Positions 10,123 to 19,650 of a DNA stretch of 53,109 bases are shown in pieces. Within the stretch, counting starts at the first letter, position 1, and every line of letters starts with the position of its first letter. Under the pieces are notes generated by a model, which worked only from the letters and a program-made list of their open reading frames with translations, was not told the origin of the DNA and ran no database searches. The DNA is from a virus (lineage: Duplodnaviria; Caudoviricetes), in IMG/VR virus record IMGVR_UViG_3300037421_000066, positions 1 to 53,109 of that record. One strand, 5' to 3'. The translations under genes and the position numbers were made by a program.

Positions 10123-10775
10123 TGGGGGGCCTTCTGCAAAGTCTCTTGCCGCCTAGAGTGCCGTACCCCAAAACGGCTCAAGACTCGGCGCCTCCGGCGA
10201 ACCCGTATCTGGCCGAAGCGACAGCATCTCCGCAACCGACAGCTACGCCCGATATTTGGGAGCAGGCGAGAAAGCAATGGCCTATCCTCAATAACCCAAA
10301 CCTCCACTACATCTACACGCCTAAGTCTGGTCCGAATGTTCCGTATCTTGAAACTTTCCCGCCAGGCGAGGGCGGGGGACCAGGCGAGCCGCGCCCTTCA
10401 CAGTTCCCGATGAATCAGTACGGGATTCAAGTCTATAAACCGGACACGCAACCCGTAAACATACTCGGCGATGCTGTTGTTCACATGATGCGGTTTACGG
10501 ACCCGACGATCAAAAAGTATTACAGCGATTTCGAGCAGTCGCTCACCCCGCAGCAGCAAGCGATATTGCAGCGGCAGTACCAGCATCACGTTCAATACAA
10601 TGGTGAGCAGCGTCCTTACGACGAGTGGTATAAGCAGTCTGGTCTAACGCAGTTATTTGGCGGGTACGCTTTCGGTGGCACAAAGAAGTGGCCGGAAAGT
10701 ATGTATACACCCGCACAGCTAAAAATGTTCAACCAGATGATGCAGTATCTGCAATCAGGAAAGCCTCAGCCGTGA
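10122..10775 (+). CDS. Hypothetical, putative internal virion protein
   Basis: Coupled to portal (TGATG); N-terminus MGGLLQSLL. Confidence 0.7.
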   Translation: MGGLLQSLLPPRVPYPKTAQDSAPPANPYLAEATASPQPTATPDIWEQARKQWPILNNPNLHYIYTPKSGPNVPYLETFPPGEGGGPGEPRPSQFPMNQYGIQVYKPDTQPVNILGDAVVHMMRFTDPTIKKYYSDFEQSLTPQQQAILQRQYQHHVQYNGEQRPYDEWYKQSGLTQLFGGYAFGGTKKWPESMYTPAQLKMFNQMMQYLQSGKPQP

Positions 10776-11016
10776 GCAGCCCAGAGCGCGGCGTAGTGCA
10801 GCAACCTCCCGAGCCGAAGTTGAGCCTTGCCGAGCTCTGCGATGCGCTGGAACGCGATGCGGGGCACCTCGGCGTTTTCGCCCGCAGCGAGGAACACCGT
10901 CACCGCCGCGACCTTCTTCTCGCTGCCGCAGCCGAACTTCGCCGCCTTGAAGCCGAGTTGCAGGCGCGAGAGTTCAAACCCAGACCCGCGCCGACGCCAT
11001 GAGATAGGATTACGGA

Positions 11017-11394
11017 ATGGGATATTTAGCGCAGCTTCAGCAGGGCGGAGGCCCGACCGCCCCGCCGCAACCAGCATCGCTCGGCGTCGGAGGCCCACCG
11101 CCTGCTATGCCCGGAATGCCGCCTCCGCCTACGGGCAAAGGCCCGATCCCAACCGGAGGAGCGGGCGGAACGAAGTTGACCGCAGCGGGCGATGCTGTCG
11201 CGGCGCTGAAGAATTTTGTCGGCTTCGCTCCGGAGATGGGGCCGCAAATCAACGCGCTTATCGAAGCCATCAAGGGCGCGACAAAGAAGGACGCGCAGCC
11301 GAGTGGCCCGCCAATCGGTGCGCCTGGCGTGCCCGGTTCGGCGCAGTTGGATTCATCGGAGCTGATGGACAGCGGCTCTCCGGGGGGCATGTAG
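11017..11394 (+). CDS. Gly/Pro-rich head-module protein
   Basis: Between portal and scaffold; N-terminus MGYLAQLQ. Confidence 0.7.
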   Translation: MGYLAQLQQGGGPTAPPQPASLGVGGPPPAMPGMPPPPTGKGPIPTGGAGGTKLTAAGDAVAALKNFVGFAPEMGPQINALIEAIKGATKKDAQPSGPPIGAPGVPGSAQLDSSELMDSGSPGGM

Positions 11395-11398
11395 CTCC

Positions 11399-11417
11399 GG
11401 TCCTAAGTATTCCAGAG
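11399..11417 (+). promoter_or_regulatory. Late-promoter motif copy 2, GGTCCTAAGTATTCCAGAG
   Basis: Intergenic; CATACT -10-like hexamer at 11442-11447. Confidence 0.75.
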
Positions 11418-11483
11418 GTCTAGCCTTTCGCGCGCGTGCCGCATACTGCCAAGCGTAATCTTCCGGGAAAGGAGGACGAATCG

Positions 11484-11639
11484 TTGGCACGACGCAAATC
11501 GCACGGCAAAAAGTCAGTTAAGCGCGCCCGAAAGGGCCATTCCAGAAAGTCGCTTGGAATGGAGCACCTGAAAAAGGCCGTGAAGAAGCATCATCGCGGT
11601 CGCAAACGCACCGCCAAGCGCGGTCGCAAGCGCAAGTAA
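11484..11639 (+). CDS. Protamine-like basic protein
   Basis: GGAGG RBS at 11471, TTG start; 25 of 51 residues are K/R. Confidence 0.7.
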   Translation: MARRKSHGKKSVKRARKGHSRKSLGMEHLKKAVKKHHRGRKRTAKRGRKRK

Positions 11640-11704
11640 CCGGCCCTCTATAGCAGGGCCGACTTCACATTCGGCCTTGCTATGCTTCCCAGCGTGAAAG
11701 AAGT

Positions 11705-12910
11705 ATGAAGCCAAAGAGCAATCGCGTTCCCGCCCCTAGCGCCCCCGGCTCGCCAGCAGGCGAACATTCGGGTGCGGCGCAGAGATTTATGCGCGAGAAC
11801 CCGGTCGGCAAGCTGACCGACCCGCCGGAGATCGCCGAAGGGCGCGAGAAGCCATTTGCCGGCGACGTTCTCCCGATTGGCGGCGAAACGCCCGAGCAGG
11901 CATTAGCCGAAACTCTTGGCACGCAAGCTCCTGGTCAGGATGCAGAATCTTCGACTGCCATCGAGGCGTCGGCGGCGGGGGAAACCGGGGAAGCGACTCC
12001 GCCTCCGACTCCGCAAGCCGAAACCAAACCCGCCGAAGCGCCCGCCGCGCAACCCGCCGCGCCAGTTGTCGCCGAAGCCGCGAAGCCCGCCGAGCCGCAG
12101 GTCGCCAAACTCGACCTCGCCGCGCAGTACGACCTAGAAGGCAACGGAAACGCATGGGGAACCGGGCAGCAAATTCTTGCGGCGCTAGGGCAACGCGCAG
12201 AGCTGATTCCCAAAGCCGAGCAGGCCGATAAGTTCATCTCGATGTTCGGCGGCGAGTACGCCGAGGCCGAAGCGCGTTGGAAGCCCGTGCTCGAAAAGCT
12301 CGCGGCCAATCCGCAACGCACGCAGTTCCTCGAAGCGGTGCTCGCGACCGAGGACCCCGCCGCGCTTGACTATCTTCAGCGCAGCCTCGCGTTCTACAAC
12401 CAAGAAGTTCCCGCCGACCAGCGCCCAGCCGCCGCAGCGCCGCAAGCGCCTGCCGCCGCCGTCACGCAGAGTCCCGAATACCAAGCGCTCCGCGGCAATA
12501 TGCAAGCGATGGAGGACCAGCTTATGGCCCGTCGCTTCAATGACGAGAAGCGCGAGATTCACGGAACGTATGCGTTCCTGAACCACGACGAGGCCGCGAA
12601 GAAGGCGCTCTACGATGCCGCTGCCGGACTGTTCGCAACTGATGCTGCCGCCGGGAAGCCCGCGCTGCAACGTCGCGGACTAGTCGAAGCGGCCGAGCAA
12701 CTCAAAGTTTTCCTCGAAGCGAAGCAAGCTGTTTTTGACGCTCAACGTCGGCCAAGCCGCGCTGAGTTGAACCCGCAAGTTGGCGCTCAGGCGCTCCTTC
12801 CGGGAACCGGGCCGGGAGCGGCAGGGTCCGCGCGTCCCGCTCCGCCTCGCGAGTACCGCGGCGACCCCGACAAAGCAAAAGACCAATTTATTCAGGACTA
12901 CCCCGACTAA
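11705..12910 (+). CDS. Capsid scaffolding protein
   Basis: Acidic, Ala/Pro-rich, helical; immediately upstream of the major capsid gene. Confidence 0.75.
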   Translation: MKPKSNRVPAPSAPGSPAGEHSGAAQRFMRENPVGKLTDPPEIAEGREKPFAGDVLPIGGETPEQALAETLGTQAPGQDAESSTAIEASAAGETGEATPPPTPQAETKPAEAPAAQPAAPVVAEAAKPAEPQVAKLDLAAQYDLEGNGNAWGTGQQILAALGQRAELIPKAEQADKFISMFGGEYAEAEARWKPVLEKLAANPQRTQFLEAVLATEDPAALDYLQRSLAFYNQEVPADQRPAAAAPQAPAAAVTQSPEYQALRGNMQAMEDQLMARRFNDEKREIHGTYAFLNHDEAAKKALYDAAAGLFATDAAAGKPALQRRGLVEAAEQLKVFLEAKQAVFDAQRRPSRAELNPQVGAQALLPGTGPGAAGSARPAPPREYRGDPDKAKDQFIQDYPD

Positions 12911-12925
12911 AAGTGAGGATTATCT

Positions 12926-13900
12926 GTGGCTAACGGCATTCCGTATCTGAGCACGAGCGAAGTCAACACCTTCGCCAACCGCTACATCATGCCGAACATC
13001 ATCGACCAGCGCTATAAGTCGCGGGCGTTGCTGGGCGTTATGAACTCCAAAGGCAGGGTCAAAACCATTGACGGCGGCTCGATCGTCGTGCAGCCGATTT
13101 TGGCGCAGCCCAATCAAACGGCAGCGTCCTACTTCGGCGCCGACATTCTCAATGCCGACGCGCAGGAGGAGTTCACCAACGCGCAGATCCGCTGGTGCGC
13201 CGCCTACGCCGCCGCCACGATCGTCAACACCGATAAGCTGCGCTGCACCGGACGAACCGCTGCGCTCGACCTGGTTGAAGCGAAAACCGAGTCGGCCTTC
13301 ATGGCCTGCTTCGATAAGGTCGGCAGCTTCGTGTTCGGCAACGGCAACGGCAACGGCGGAAAAGACTGGGACGGCCTGGGCGCCGCGGTCAACAACGCCG
13401 CGGGCTTCCAGGTCTACCTGGGAATCGACCGCGTGGCGAACCCGTGGTGGCAGGCGCAAGTCGTTAACCCCGGTACGCCGACCGCGCTTTCGACCGCCTC
13501 GATGGGCACGCTCTACGTCAACTGCCAGGTTGACGAGGAGCGCCCGCAACTCATCGTGACGACGCCTGCGGGCTACGTTGCGTTCGAGCAGTTGCTTACG
13601 CCCAACGAACGGTTCATGGACGACACGCTCGGAAACTTCGCCTTCAACAACCTCGCCTTCAAAGGCTCGGCGGTCGTCATGGATTCCGGCTGCCCCGCCA
13701 ACACGATGTACTTCCTGAACATGGACCACCTGCGGCTGTTCCTGCACAAGGATCGCCAATGGGTGTTCGAGGGCTTCAGCAAGCCCGTTTCGCCGAGCGG
13801 CTCGCAAGATGTCGAAGTCGGCTTCGTGTTCGCGATGGGCAACTTCTTCCTCCGTAAGCCGTCGTCGTGCGGCGTCTACCAGAACATCAGCAACGCATAA
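12926..13900 (+). CDS. Major capsid protein (HK97 fold)
   Basis: 324 aa; DGG..I.QP, GNG..GKD.DGL, YLGIDR...WW, CP.NTMYFLN motifs; strongly biased codon usage. Confidence 0.9.
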   Translation: MANGIPYLSTSEVNTFANRYIMPNIIDQRYKSRALLGVMNSKGRVKTIDGGSIVVQPILAQPNQTAASYFGADILNADAQEEFTNAQIRWCAAYAAATIVNTDKLRCTGRTAALDLVEAKTESAFMACFDKVGSFVFGNGNGNGGKDWDGLGAAVNNAAGFQVYLGIDRVANPWWQAQVVNPGTPTALSTASMGTLYVNCQVDEERPQLIVTTPAGYVAFEQLLTPNERFMDDTLGNFAFNNLAFKGSAVVMDSGCPANTMYFLNMDHLRLFLHKDRQWVFEGFSKPVSPSGSQDVEVGFVFAMGNFFLRKPSSCGVYQNISNA

Positions 13901-13908
13901 GGAGAGTC

Positions 13909-14079
13909 ATGGCTAAAGAGCGTCACACCGACAAGGGTTTCAACGAAGTTCCGCGCGAGAGCGTTGAGCTCGACGGCAAGATCATCACGGCTGCGAAGTC
14001 CACGATGGTCGCCGAGGACTATATGGAGGGCTACCCGCTTCCGGAGCCTCGGCTCCACATGAAGCAAGGAAAAGTCTAA
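13909..14079 (+). CDS. Small hypothetical protein
   Basis: AAGGAG RBS directly after the capsid stop. Confidence 0.6.
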   Translation: MAKERHTDKGFNEVPRESVELDGKIITAAKSTMVAEDYMEGYPLPEPRLHMKQGKV

Positions 14080-14133
14080 ACTCACACCTCACAGTATGCC
14101 CGGCCATAACGAGCCGGGCGGGGAGAAAACGCA

Positions 14134-15189
14134 ATGCCTTCATGGACTAATATCGGGGATTTCACTACTGGCAGCTTGCCGAATACCGGCGCGCGCGGTC
14201 GGCAGGGCTATCGTCCGAGCAACGCGGCCAACACCTACGTTCCGGGCATCGTGCTCGGGTACGTGGCGGTCGATTCTCAAATCTTACCGGACTTTCAGAC
14301 CGTGCAGCCGCTTGCGGCTGGCACGACCACGCCGCTCGTCGCTGGAGTTGTAGCCCCCGATTGGGCAGGCTTCGACAACGCCGGGACACTCAACGCGTCG
14401 TACCTTTCCGCTGCGTCGGAAACCAACGTCGCCGGCACAGTCTTTATCAACGCGGTCATCAAGGGCATCGCGTACGTCTGGGTCGATCAAAGCGGAAGCG
14501 GCGCGGTGACGCTCACCAACGGCATTTCGCTCGTGTCGTCACGCACCACGGCAGGGTACGCCCAGGGCGTGGCCGTTGCGACCGCGACGGCAGAGAGCGC
14601 CTTCATCGGCGCAGCGAACCTTCCGGCGTCGGGCATCGGCTCATCGCTAACGGCTGCGGCGCTCGCGCAGGCTTCGGGAACCGTCACGCTGACGGGAACT
14701 CCGGCGGCAGGTGACGTTATCAACGTCGTGCTCGGAGCCCCGTACACCGACCTTCAGCCCGGCACGGCGCAGACCGCAACGGTTAGCGTCACGCTCAACG
14801 CGACGACCGCCGCAACGGTCACGACCGCCGCAACGGCTTTGGCTGCGGCTCTCAATGCCAGTCCGTACTTCTCGGTGCAGACGCTCTTTGGAGCTGGAAA
14901 CCCGCCGCCATACTTCCTGGCTACGTCGTCCGCTGGCGTCGTGACCATCACGGTCAACACGCAAGCCAACCCGTTCTTGGTAACGGGCGGCACGACGAAC
15001 GCCGCCGGAACGGCCGCCGAACAGTGGCGCTTCTTCACCTTCATTTCCGGCATGGTCGGCAACTCGATCACGCTTTCAACCACCGTTTCGGCTGGAGCGG
15101 GGACCATCTCCACGGCCAGCGGCGCAACCCTGGCTAGCGGAACGGGCTACAAAGGCAAGGTTCCGGCCTTCATCTACGGGCCGTACTAA
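14134..15189 (+). CDS. Capsid decoration/cement-like protein with inserted sheath-type domain
   Basis: Follows capsid; Ala/Thr/Gly rich; insert ASGTVTLTGTPAAGD...ALAAALNA...ASGATLASG. Confidence 0.7.
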   Translation: MPSWTNIGDFTTGSLPNTGARGRQGYRPSNAANTYVPGIVLGYVAVDSQILPDFQTVQPLAAGTTTPLVAGVVAPDWAGFDNAGTLNASYLSAASETNVAGTVFINAVIKGIAYVWVDQSGSGAVTLTNGISLVSSRTTAGYAQGVAVATATAESAFIGAANLPASGIGSSLTAAALAQASGTVTLTGTPAAGDVINVVLGAPYTDLQPGTAQTATVSVTLNATTAATVTTAATALAAALNASPYFSVQTLFGAGNPPPYFLATSSAGVVTITVNTQANPFLVTGGTTNAAGTAAEQWRFFTFISGMVGNSITLSTTVSAGAGTISTASGATLASGTGYKGKVPAFIYGPY

Positions 15190-15205
15190 TCACTAGAGGG
15201 TCTGC

Positions 15206-15964
15206 ATGAGCAAATCGCTGCTTCAGAAAATCGACCGCGAGCGGTCGCTCACGCAAGCGCGTGAGGTCAAAGTCATCGAGCAACTCTGCCGCATTACCCT
15301 TGCGGCAGACGCGCCTCACCATGAAGATGTCGAGTGGTGCGAAGGGCTGGGCAAAAAGAAGGTCCTCTACGTCTTTGAGCCGGGCAAGCCAGTAACGTGG
15401 AAGCTCAGCAACGCGATTTCGTTCTTCGGCCCCTTCACGCTCTTTGAAGTCTACGAAAAGACCTCCGAGGAGCAGAAGCGCATCGAGATCCGCGACATCA
15501 TCGCCAAGGAAACGGCGCGCGTGCTCGACCGTTATCTCTACCCGTGCGATGACCGGACCGGCAAACCGATTGGCCCGCATCGGCTCCCCGACTTCAGCAT
15601 TGAGGTCGTCAACTCCGATGGCGACGTGTCGAAGCCCTATCGGCTCTACGAACTATACGGCGTCGGCGAGTTCGATGACGTGGTGTTCGATCACAAGCCG
15701 ACTACGGCCGAGATTGAAGCGCACTATCAGGCCAAGCTGCTTGAGGAAGCCCGGATTCGCGACGAGGCACTTGAGGCAGCCCGCCGTGAGATTGCCGAAC
15801 TGCGCGGGATGATTCTCGGCAAAGCTCAGCCTGCTGCGGTGGCTCCAGCCGCTCCGAAGGCGCGCACGGCGCACAACGCGGGCAAGAAGAACCCGCACAA
15901 ACCTGGCTGTCAATGCGCCGCGCATCGCGGGAAGAGTCGCCCGGCCGAACTCGTAGAGGCGTAA
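15206..15964 (+). CDS. Hypothetical protein
   Basis: GAGGG RBS; 252 aa with coiled-coil C-terminus. Confidence 0.7.
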   Translation: MSKSLLQKIDRERSLTQAREVKVIEQLCRITLAADAPHHEDVEWCEGLGKKKVLYVFEPGKPVTWKLSNAISFFGPFTLFEVYEKTSEEQKRIEIRDIIAKETARVLDRYLYPCDDRTGKPIGPHRLPDFSIEVVNSDGDVSKPYRLYELYGVGEFDDVVFDHKPTTAEIEAHYQAKLLEEARIRDEALEAARREIAELRGMILGKAQPAAVAPAAPKARTAHNAGKKNPHKPGCQCAAHRGKSRPAELVEA

Positions 15965-16118
15965 GCCGTGCCCGAGTCGGCGGTCAAGTACGTCGTGGTC
16001 GAACGCGACTACTCCACCGAGCGGGTAGTGTACGGCCCCACGGGCGACAAGGAAGCCGCTGCGAAGGTCGCGGCCCAGCACGCCGCTCGGCGCATCGTCC
16101 AGAGCAAGGAGCGCTAGG

Positions 16119-16346
16119 TTGCCGTTAGCAAAGTACGTCAACTGCCCGAACTGCGGAACGCTATCGTCCTGCATTGGCGAGCCCGATCATTCGGAGCTTT
16201 CCGGCACCTGCCCGTCATGCGGTTGGGGCATCGTGATAGATACCGAAACCGGGAAAACCATCACGCACGAGGAGCTTGTTTCGAGAGGCGAAGCTGCTAA
16301 GGCCAATAGGCAGAAAGAGGCGCAGAGTGGTGTTTCCAGAGTTTGA
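16119..16346 (+). CDS. Small zinc-finger protein
   Basis: CPNC...CPSC; AAGGAG upstream. Confidence 0.6.
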   Translation: MPLAKYVNCPNCGTLSSCIGEPDHSELSGTCPSCGWGIVIDTETGKTITHEELVSRGEAAKANRQKEAQSGVSRV

Positions 16347-16603
16347 GTATCCGCAAGACGAGGGCGACGAGGACGAAAATGAGTAAGGACAAGATAGTAG
16401 GCTACCGCGACGACGCGACGACCGGCTCGACTCCCGCTGGCAACGGCGGGCGAGTTCGTCGGCCGCTGAACATCAACGACGAAGGCATCCCGACATTGGT
16501 GGACCCGGAAAACCTGATCTACTCGGGCATGACCAAGCGCCACGCGATCGAAACTGGCAGCTTTATCGACATAGACTTTCGCGACGAGGACTGGGTTGGC
16601 TAA
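16343..16603 (+). CDS. Hypothetical protein
   Basis: Overlaps both neighbours. Confidence 0.55.
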   Translation: MSIRKTRATRTKMSKDKIVGYRDDATTGSTPAGNGGRVRRPLNINDEGIPTLVDPENLIYSGMTKRHAIETGSFIDIDFRDEDWVG

Positions 16604-18473
16604 CACAATTTTCCAGCAGTCGCTGCTGCCCTCGCCTGATATTACCGATGTTATCCCGATTGGTCACCAAGCGGACGGAAAAGGCTATAGCGTAACGCTT
16701 CAATCAATCGGCAACGTCATTGGCGGCGGTGGGGGCTTCGCGGGCGTACTGCCTATCAACACCAACGCTACTGCGCTGACGATCTACAACTACGCGCAAT
16801 ACGGCGCGTTGCAAACCGCCGCCGCGGCGACGAACACAACCGCCATGAATAACATGATTACCGCGATTAACGCGGCTAATCCGATTGGCGGCTGGGTTTG
16901 GATCCCGAAGTATAACTACAGCATCAACTTTGCGTCCGGCGGTTACTTGCTGCCGTACAATACGTTCCTTTGGGGCCTTGGCGGCGGAGGAACCGGCGTG
17001 GGCGGCGGGGCTTCGTCGTACCACTTCACGATGACGGCGGGCGATGGAACGCTTTTCTCCGCAGGCGGCGGCGCGCATAGCTCGGGCGGAAACTACTTCT
17101 TCGGCTTGTCGTCGATTGCAACGGCGACGCTGACGAGCACCTGCTGCATTTACGCTGCCGGTTGGAATCCCCGTGCGATGAAGTGCAACTTCGTCAATTG
17201 GCCGGTCGCGTTCTTTGCCGATGGGTTGTCGTCTGGCATGGAGCAGTGCACAGTTCAGTACAACAGCGGCCCGGCTGGGACAGGCACGACGACCGTGAAC
17301 GGTACGTTGATGCCCGCAGTCAGTGGCGCCAATATCTACGCCGGTTCTCAGCCGGTAATGTGCATACTTTCCTCTCCGCAAGCCTATGTGATCGGACCGG
17401 GCGAGTATCTCAAAAAGAACGGCGCGAGCCCGGCTAACACGGTCGGCATCGGAATTGGCGGGAACTCAGGCGACCCGGCGGGCGGTGGAGTCGTTGAGCA
17501 CGGAACGATTCGAGATATTCACCTTTCGCAGTTCCAATGGGGGATTAGCTACCTCTGGAACATCGGGACGATTCAAACGAACCTCGGAAACTTCGCTGCA
17601 TACGCTGGTAGCAATGGCGCGAAGTTCACCACCGTCACCGGAGTCGAGGTAGATTCATTTAGTTCGGCCGTGCTTATGGCTTGCCCGTTTAACGCCAACA
17701 TCTTTAACGAGAAGTACGTCGGCTGCCTATTCCAGAGGTCCGATGGATCGACCGATAATTCGGCAATCGTCTATATCGACCCGTTGACCTCGTTGGGAAA
17801 TTCAAATAGCGCGATCTTCGACATCGAGTTTACGAACTGTTCGGTTATCAACGCCCAGGACCACTCGACGCTAAACTGCTACGGCTACAACATCGTCGGC
17901 GGGGATTCTATTCGTATCCTCGGAGGCAATGTGTGCAACATGGGCGCAACTGGCGGCGCGAACATCGTCGTTGGCGGGGCCAACAATGTCTCGATTATCG
18001 GAGTTCGGTTGCAGCCCGGCGTTCCGGCGGCGATCAACGGGGTGCCGAACTCTCCGTCACAGTATGCCGTTCTTATCAACGGCACACCCGGCGGGAAGTG
18101 CTTGATCTCCGACTGCATTATGACCGGGTACTCCGGCTCGCCTATTAGTGTGACTGGAACGATAAATCAGGCTGTGCTTTTCGTTATAAACTGCCCTGGT
18201 TACAACGACCAAAACACTCCGATCAACACCGTGGCCAACATTGGGACTGCGGCTCAGCAATCCTATAACCAAACTGCAAACAGCGGCACGAGCTATTACG
18301 GGCCATCGTACGTTCTCTATACGGCCAACGCTGGTGGCGGCACGTTGAAAATAAGCGGTGGCGCTGCGTTCACGCTCGCGGCCAATCAAACCGGGAGTTT
18401 CTTTCTCAATTCTCCGTACGATTCATTCCAGTTCAGCCTCGCGCCCGCAGCAATCCAATGGTACGGTAAGTAA
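16596..18473 (+). CDS. Tailspike / right-handed beta-helix (pectin-lyase-like) receptor-binding protein
   Basis: YGA....TNTTAMNNMI.A...GGWVWIP..Y N-cap followed by Asn/Gly/Ile-rich beta-helix rungs; no signal peptide. Confidence 0.8.
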   Translation: MANTIFQQSLLPSPDITDVIPIGHQADGKGYSVTLQSIGNVIGGGGGFAGVLPINTNATALTIYNYAQYGALQTAAAATNTTAMNNMITAINAANPIGGWVWIPKYNYSINFASGGYLLPYNTFLWGLGGGGTGVGGGASSYHFTMTAGDGTLFSAGGGAHSSGGNYFFGLSSIATATLTSTCCIYAAGWNPRAMKCNFVNWPVAFFADGLSSGMEQCTVQYNSGPAGTGTTTVNGTLMPAVSGANIYAGSQPVMCILSSPQAYVIGPGEYLKKNGASPANTVGIGIGGNSGDPAGGGVVEHGTIRDIHLSQFQWGISYLWNIGTIQTNLGNFAAYAGSNGAKFTTVTGVEVDSFSSAVLMACPFNANIFNEKYVGCLFQRSDGSTDNSAIVYIDPLTSLGNSNSAIFDIEFTNCSVINAQDHSTLNCYGYNIVGGDSIRILGGNVCNMGATGGANIVVGGANNVSIIGVRLQPGVPAAINGVPNSPSQYAVLINGTPGGKCLISDCIMTGYSGSPISVTGTINQAVLFVINCPGYNDQNTPINTVANIGTAAQQSYNQTANSGTSYYGPSYVLYTANAGGGTLKISGGAAFTLAANQTGSFFLNSPYDSFQFSLAPAAIQWYGK

Positions 18474-18475
18474 CC

Positions 18476-19648
18476 TTGCCCGGCGCAGGCCAATTCAACC
18501 AATTAGTATGGTCGCCCGGGGAACCAATCGCGTGGGACTCAGTTAATGGCGGCATAATCGAACTCGCTCCGCCCGCGCAAGTCGCGGGGGAGATGACATT
18601 CGCGCAACTCCAATCGAAGGTGTGGCACCTGCTGCGCGAGCCGGGTCCGGATACAGGTGATCCGATTCCTACGACGGGCGACTTCCCTCAGGCTGTCGTG
18701 CAGCGCGACCTGAACCTCATGCTGGCGCAGTTCATCTCCGCAACGGGGCTTGCGCCTACGATTAGCGATAAGCAGGTCACAACGGGAGTATTCCCTGTTC
18801 TTGATATGCCCCTGCCGCCGGATTATCAGTCGATCACGAACATTGACTATACGCCTGCGGGCGGAACGACGTACTCGCTGCTGGCAACGAGCTTTAGCGA
18901 GTGGAACGCCTACTATAGCGGCACGACGGCAATCACGGGCATTCCCGAACGATACCGCCAGCCGTGGGCCGGGTACGTCCGCTTGTGGCCGCAGCCGGGG
19001 CCGGGGCAAGCGTTTGGCCCAGGCATCGGCACGGTGACGTTTACCGGCACGGCTGATGCGGGCGATACGGTGCAGATTACGATTACGAACAACCCGAGCG
19101 CTCCGGTCATCGTGCCGACGTATACCGTGCTGGCGGGCGATACGACGGCGAGCATCGCGCAGGCCGTGGCGAACCTCATTGCGGTAAGCTCCGCGTGCGT
19201 CGGGGTGTCGGCCTTCCTGGCCGTTCCGACCGTTTCGAGCAATTCGTTCCAGCTAACGGCGCTCGTTGCGCCCGGCACGCAAATCTCGTTCCTGACCACC
19301 GTTGTCTCTAGCGATAACGAGCTTCTCGTAACGCCGAATGGGCTGGCCTATTTGCAGCCCAACGGCGACACGATGACGTTCTACTACTCGTCCACCGGAA
19401 CGCTGATGAACGACCCGAACGACTCGCCTGGTATCCCGGTGCAGTTTCACGTCGCGCTCGTGTACGGCGTGCTGGCGGACTATTGGCTTCGTAAGCAAGA
19501 CCCGGACGGCTTGGCCAGAGTGTTCTACACCCGCTTTACTGAAGCGGTGAAGCAGGGCAAGAACTTCGAGTGGGATTCAGACCGAGCGACGGCTCCGACC
19601 GGCGCGTCATTCGATGACAGCGCTATGGACTACGCGGGGTATTACTAA
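18476..19648 (+). CDS. Head-tail adaptor protein with inserted sheath-type domain
   Basis: MTFAQLQSKV, LPPDYQSI, GIPERY, VRLWPQP, PGIPVQFHVALVYGV adaptor motifs; ~115-aa insert. Confidence 0.75.
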   Translation: MPGAGQFNQLVWSPGEPIAWDSVNGGIIELAPPAQVAGEMTFAQLQSKVWHLLREPGPDTGDPIPTTGDFPQAVVQRDLNLMLAQFISATGLAPTISDKQVTTGVFPVLDMPLPPDYQSITNIDYTPAGGTTYSLLATSFSEWNAYYSGTTAITGIPERYRQPWAGYVRLWPQPGPGQAFGPGIGTVTFTGTADAGDTVQITITNNPSAPVIVPTYTVLAGDTTASIAQAVANLIAVSSACVGVSAFLAVPTVSSNSFQLTALVAPGTQISFLTTVVSSDNELLVTPNGLAYLQPNGDTMTFYYSSTGTLMNDPNDSPGIPVQFHVALVYGVLADYWLRKQDPDGLARVFYTRFTEAVKQGKNFEWDSDRATAPTGASFDDSAMDYAGYY

Positions 19649-19650
19649 CC

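Noticed and set aside
12920-13807. Long antisense ORFs (e.g. opposite capsid, terminase, phosphoesterase)
   Set aside because: Shadow ORFs expected from high-GC codon bias; no RBS or recognisable motifs
16326-16341. Partial late motif (GTGGTGTTTCCAGAG); similar reverse partials near 17553, 34565 and 39503
   Set aside because: Only a half-site or several mismatches, inside coding sequence; no -10 at the expected spacing where checked (16326)
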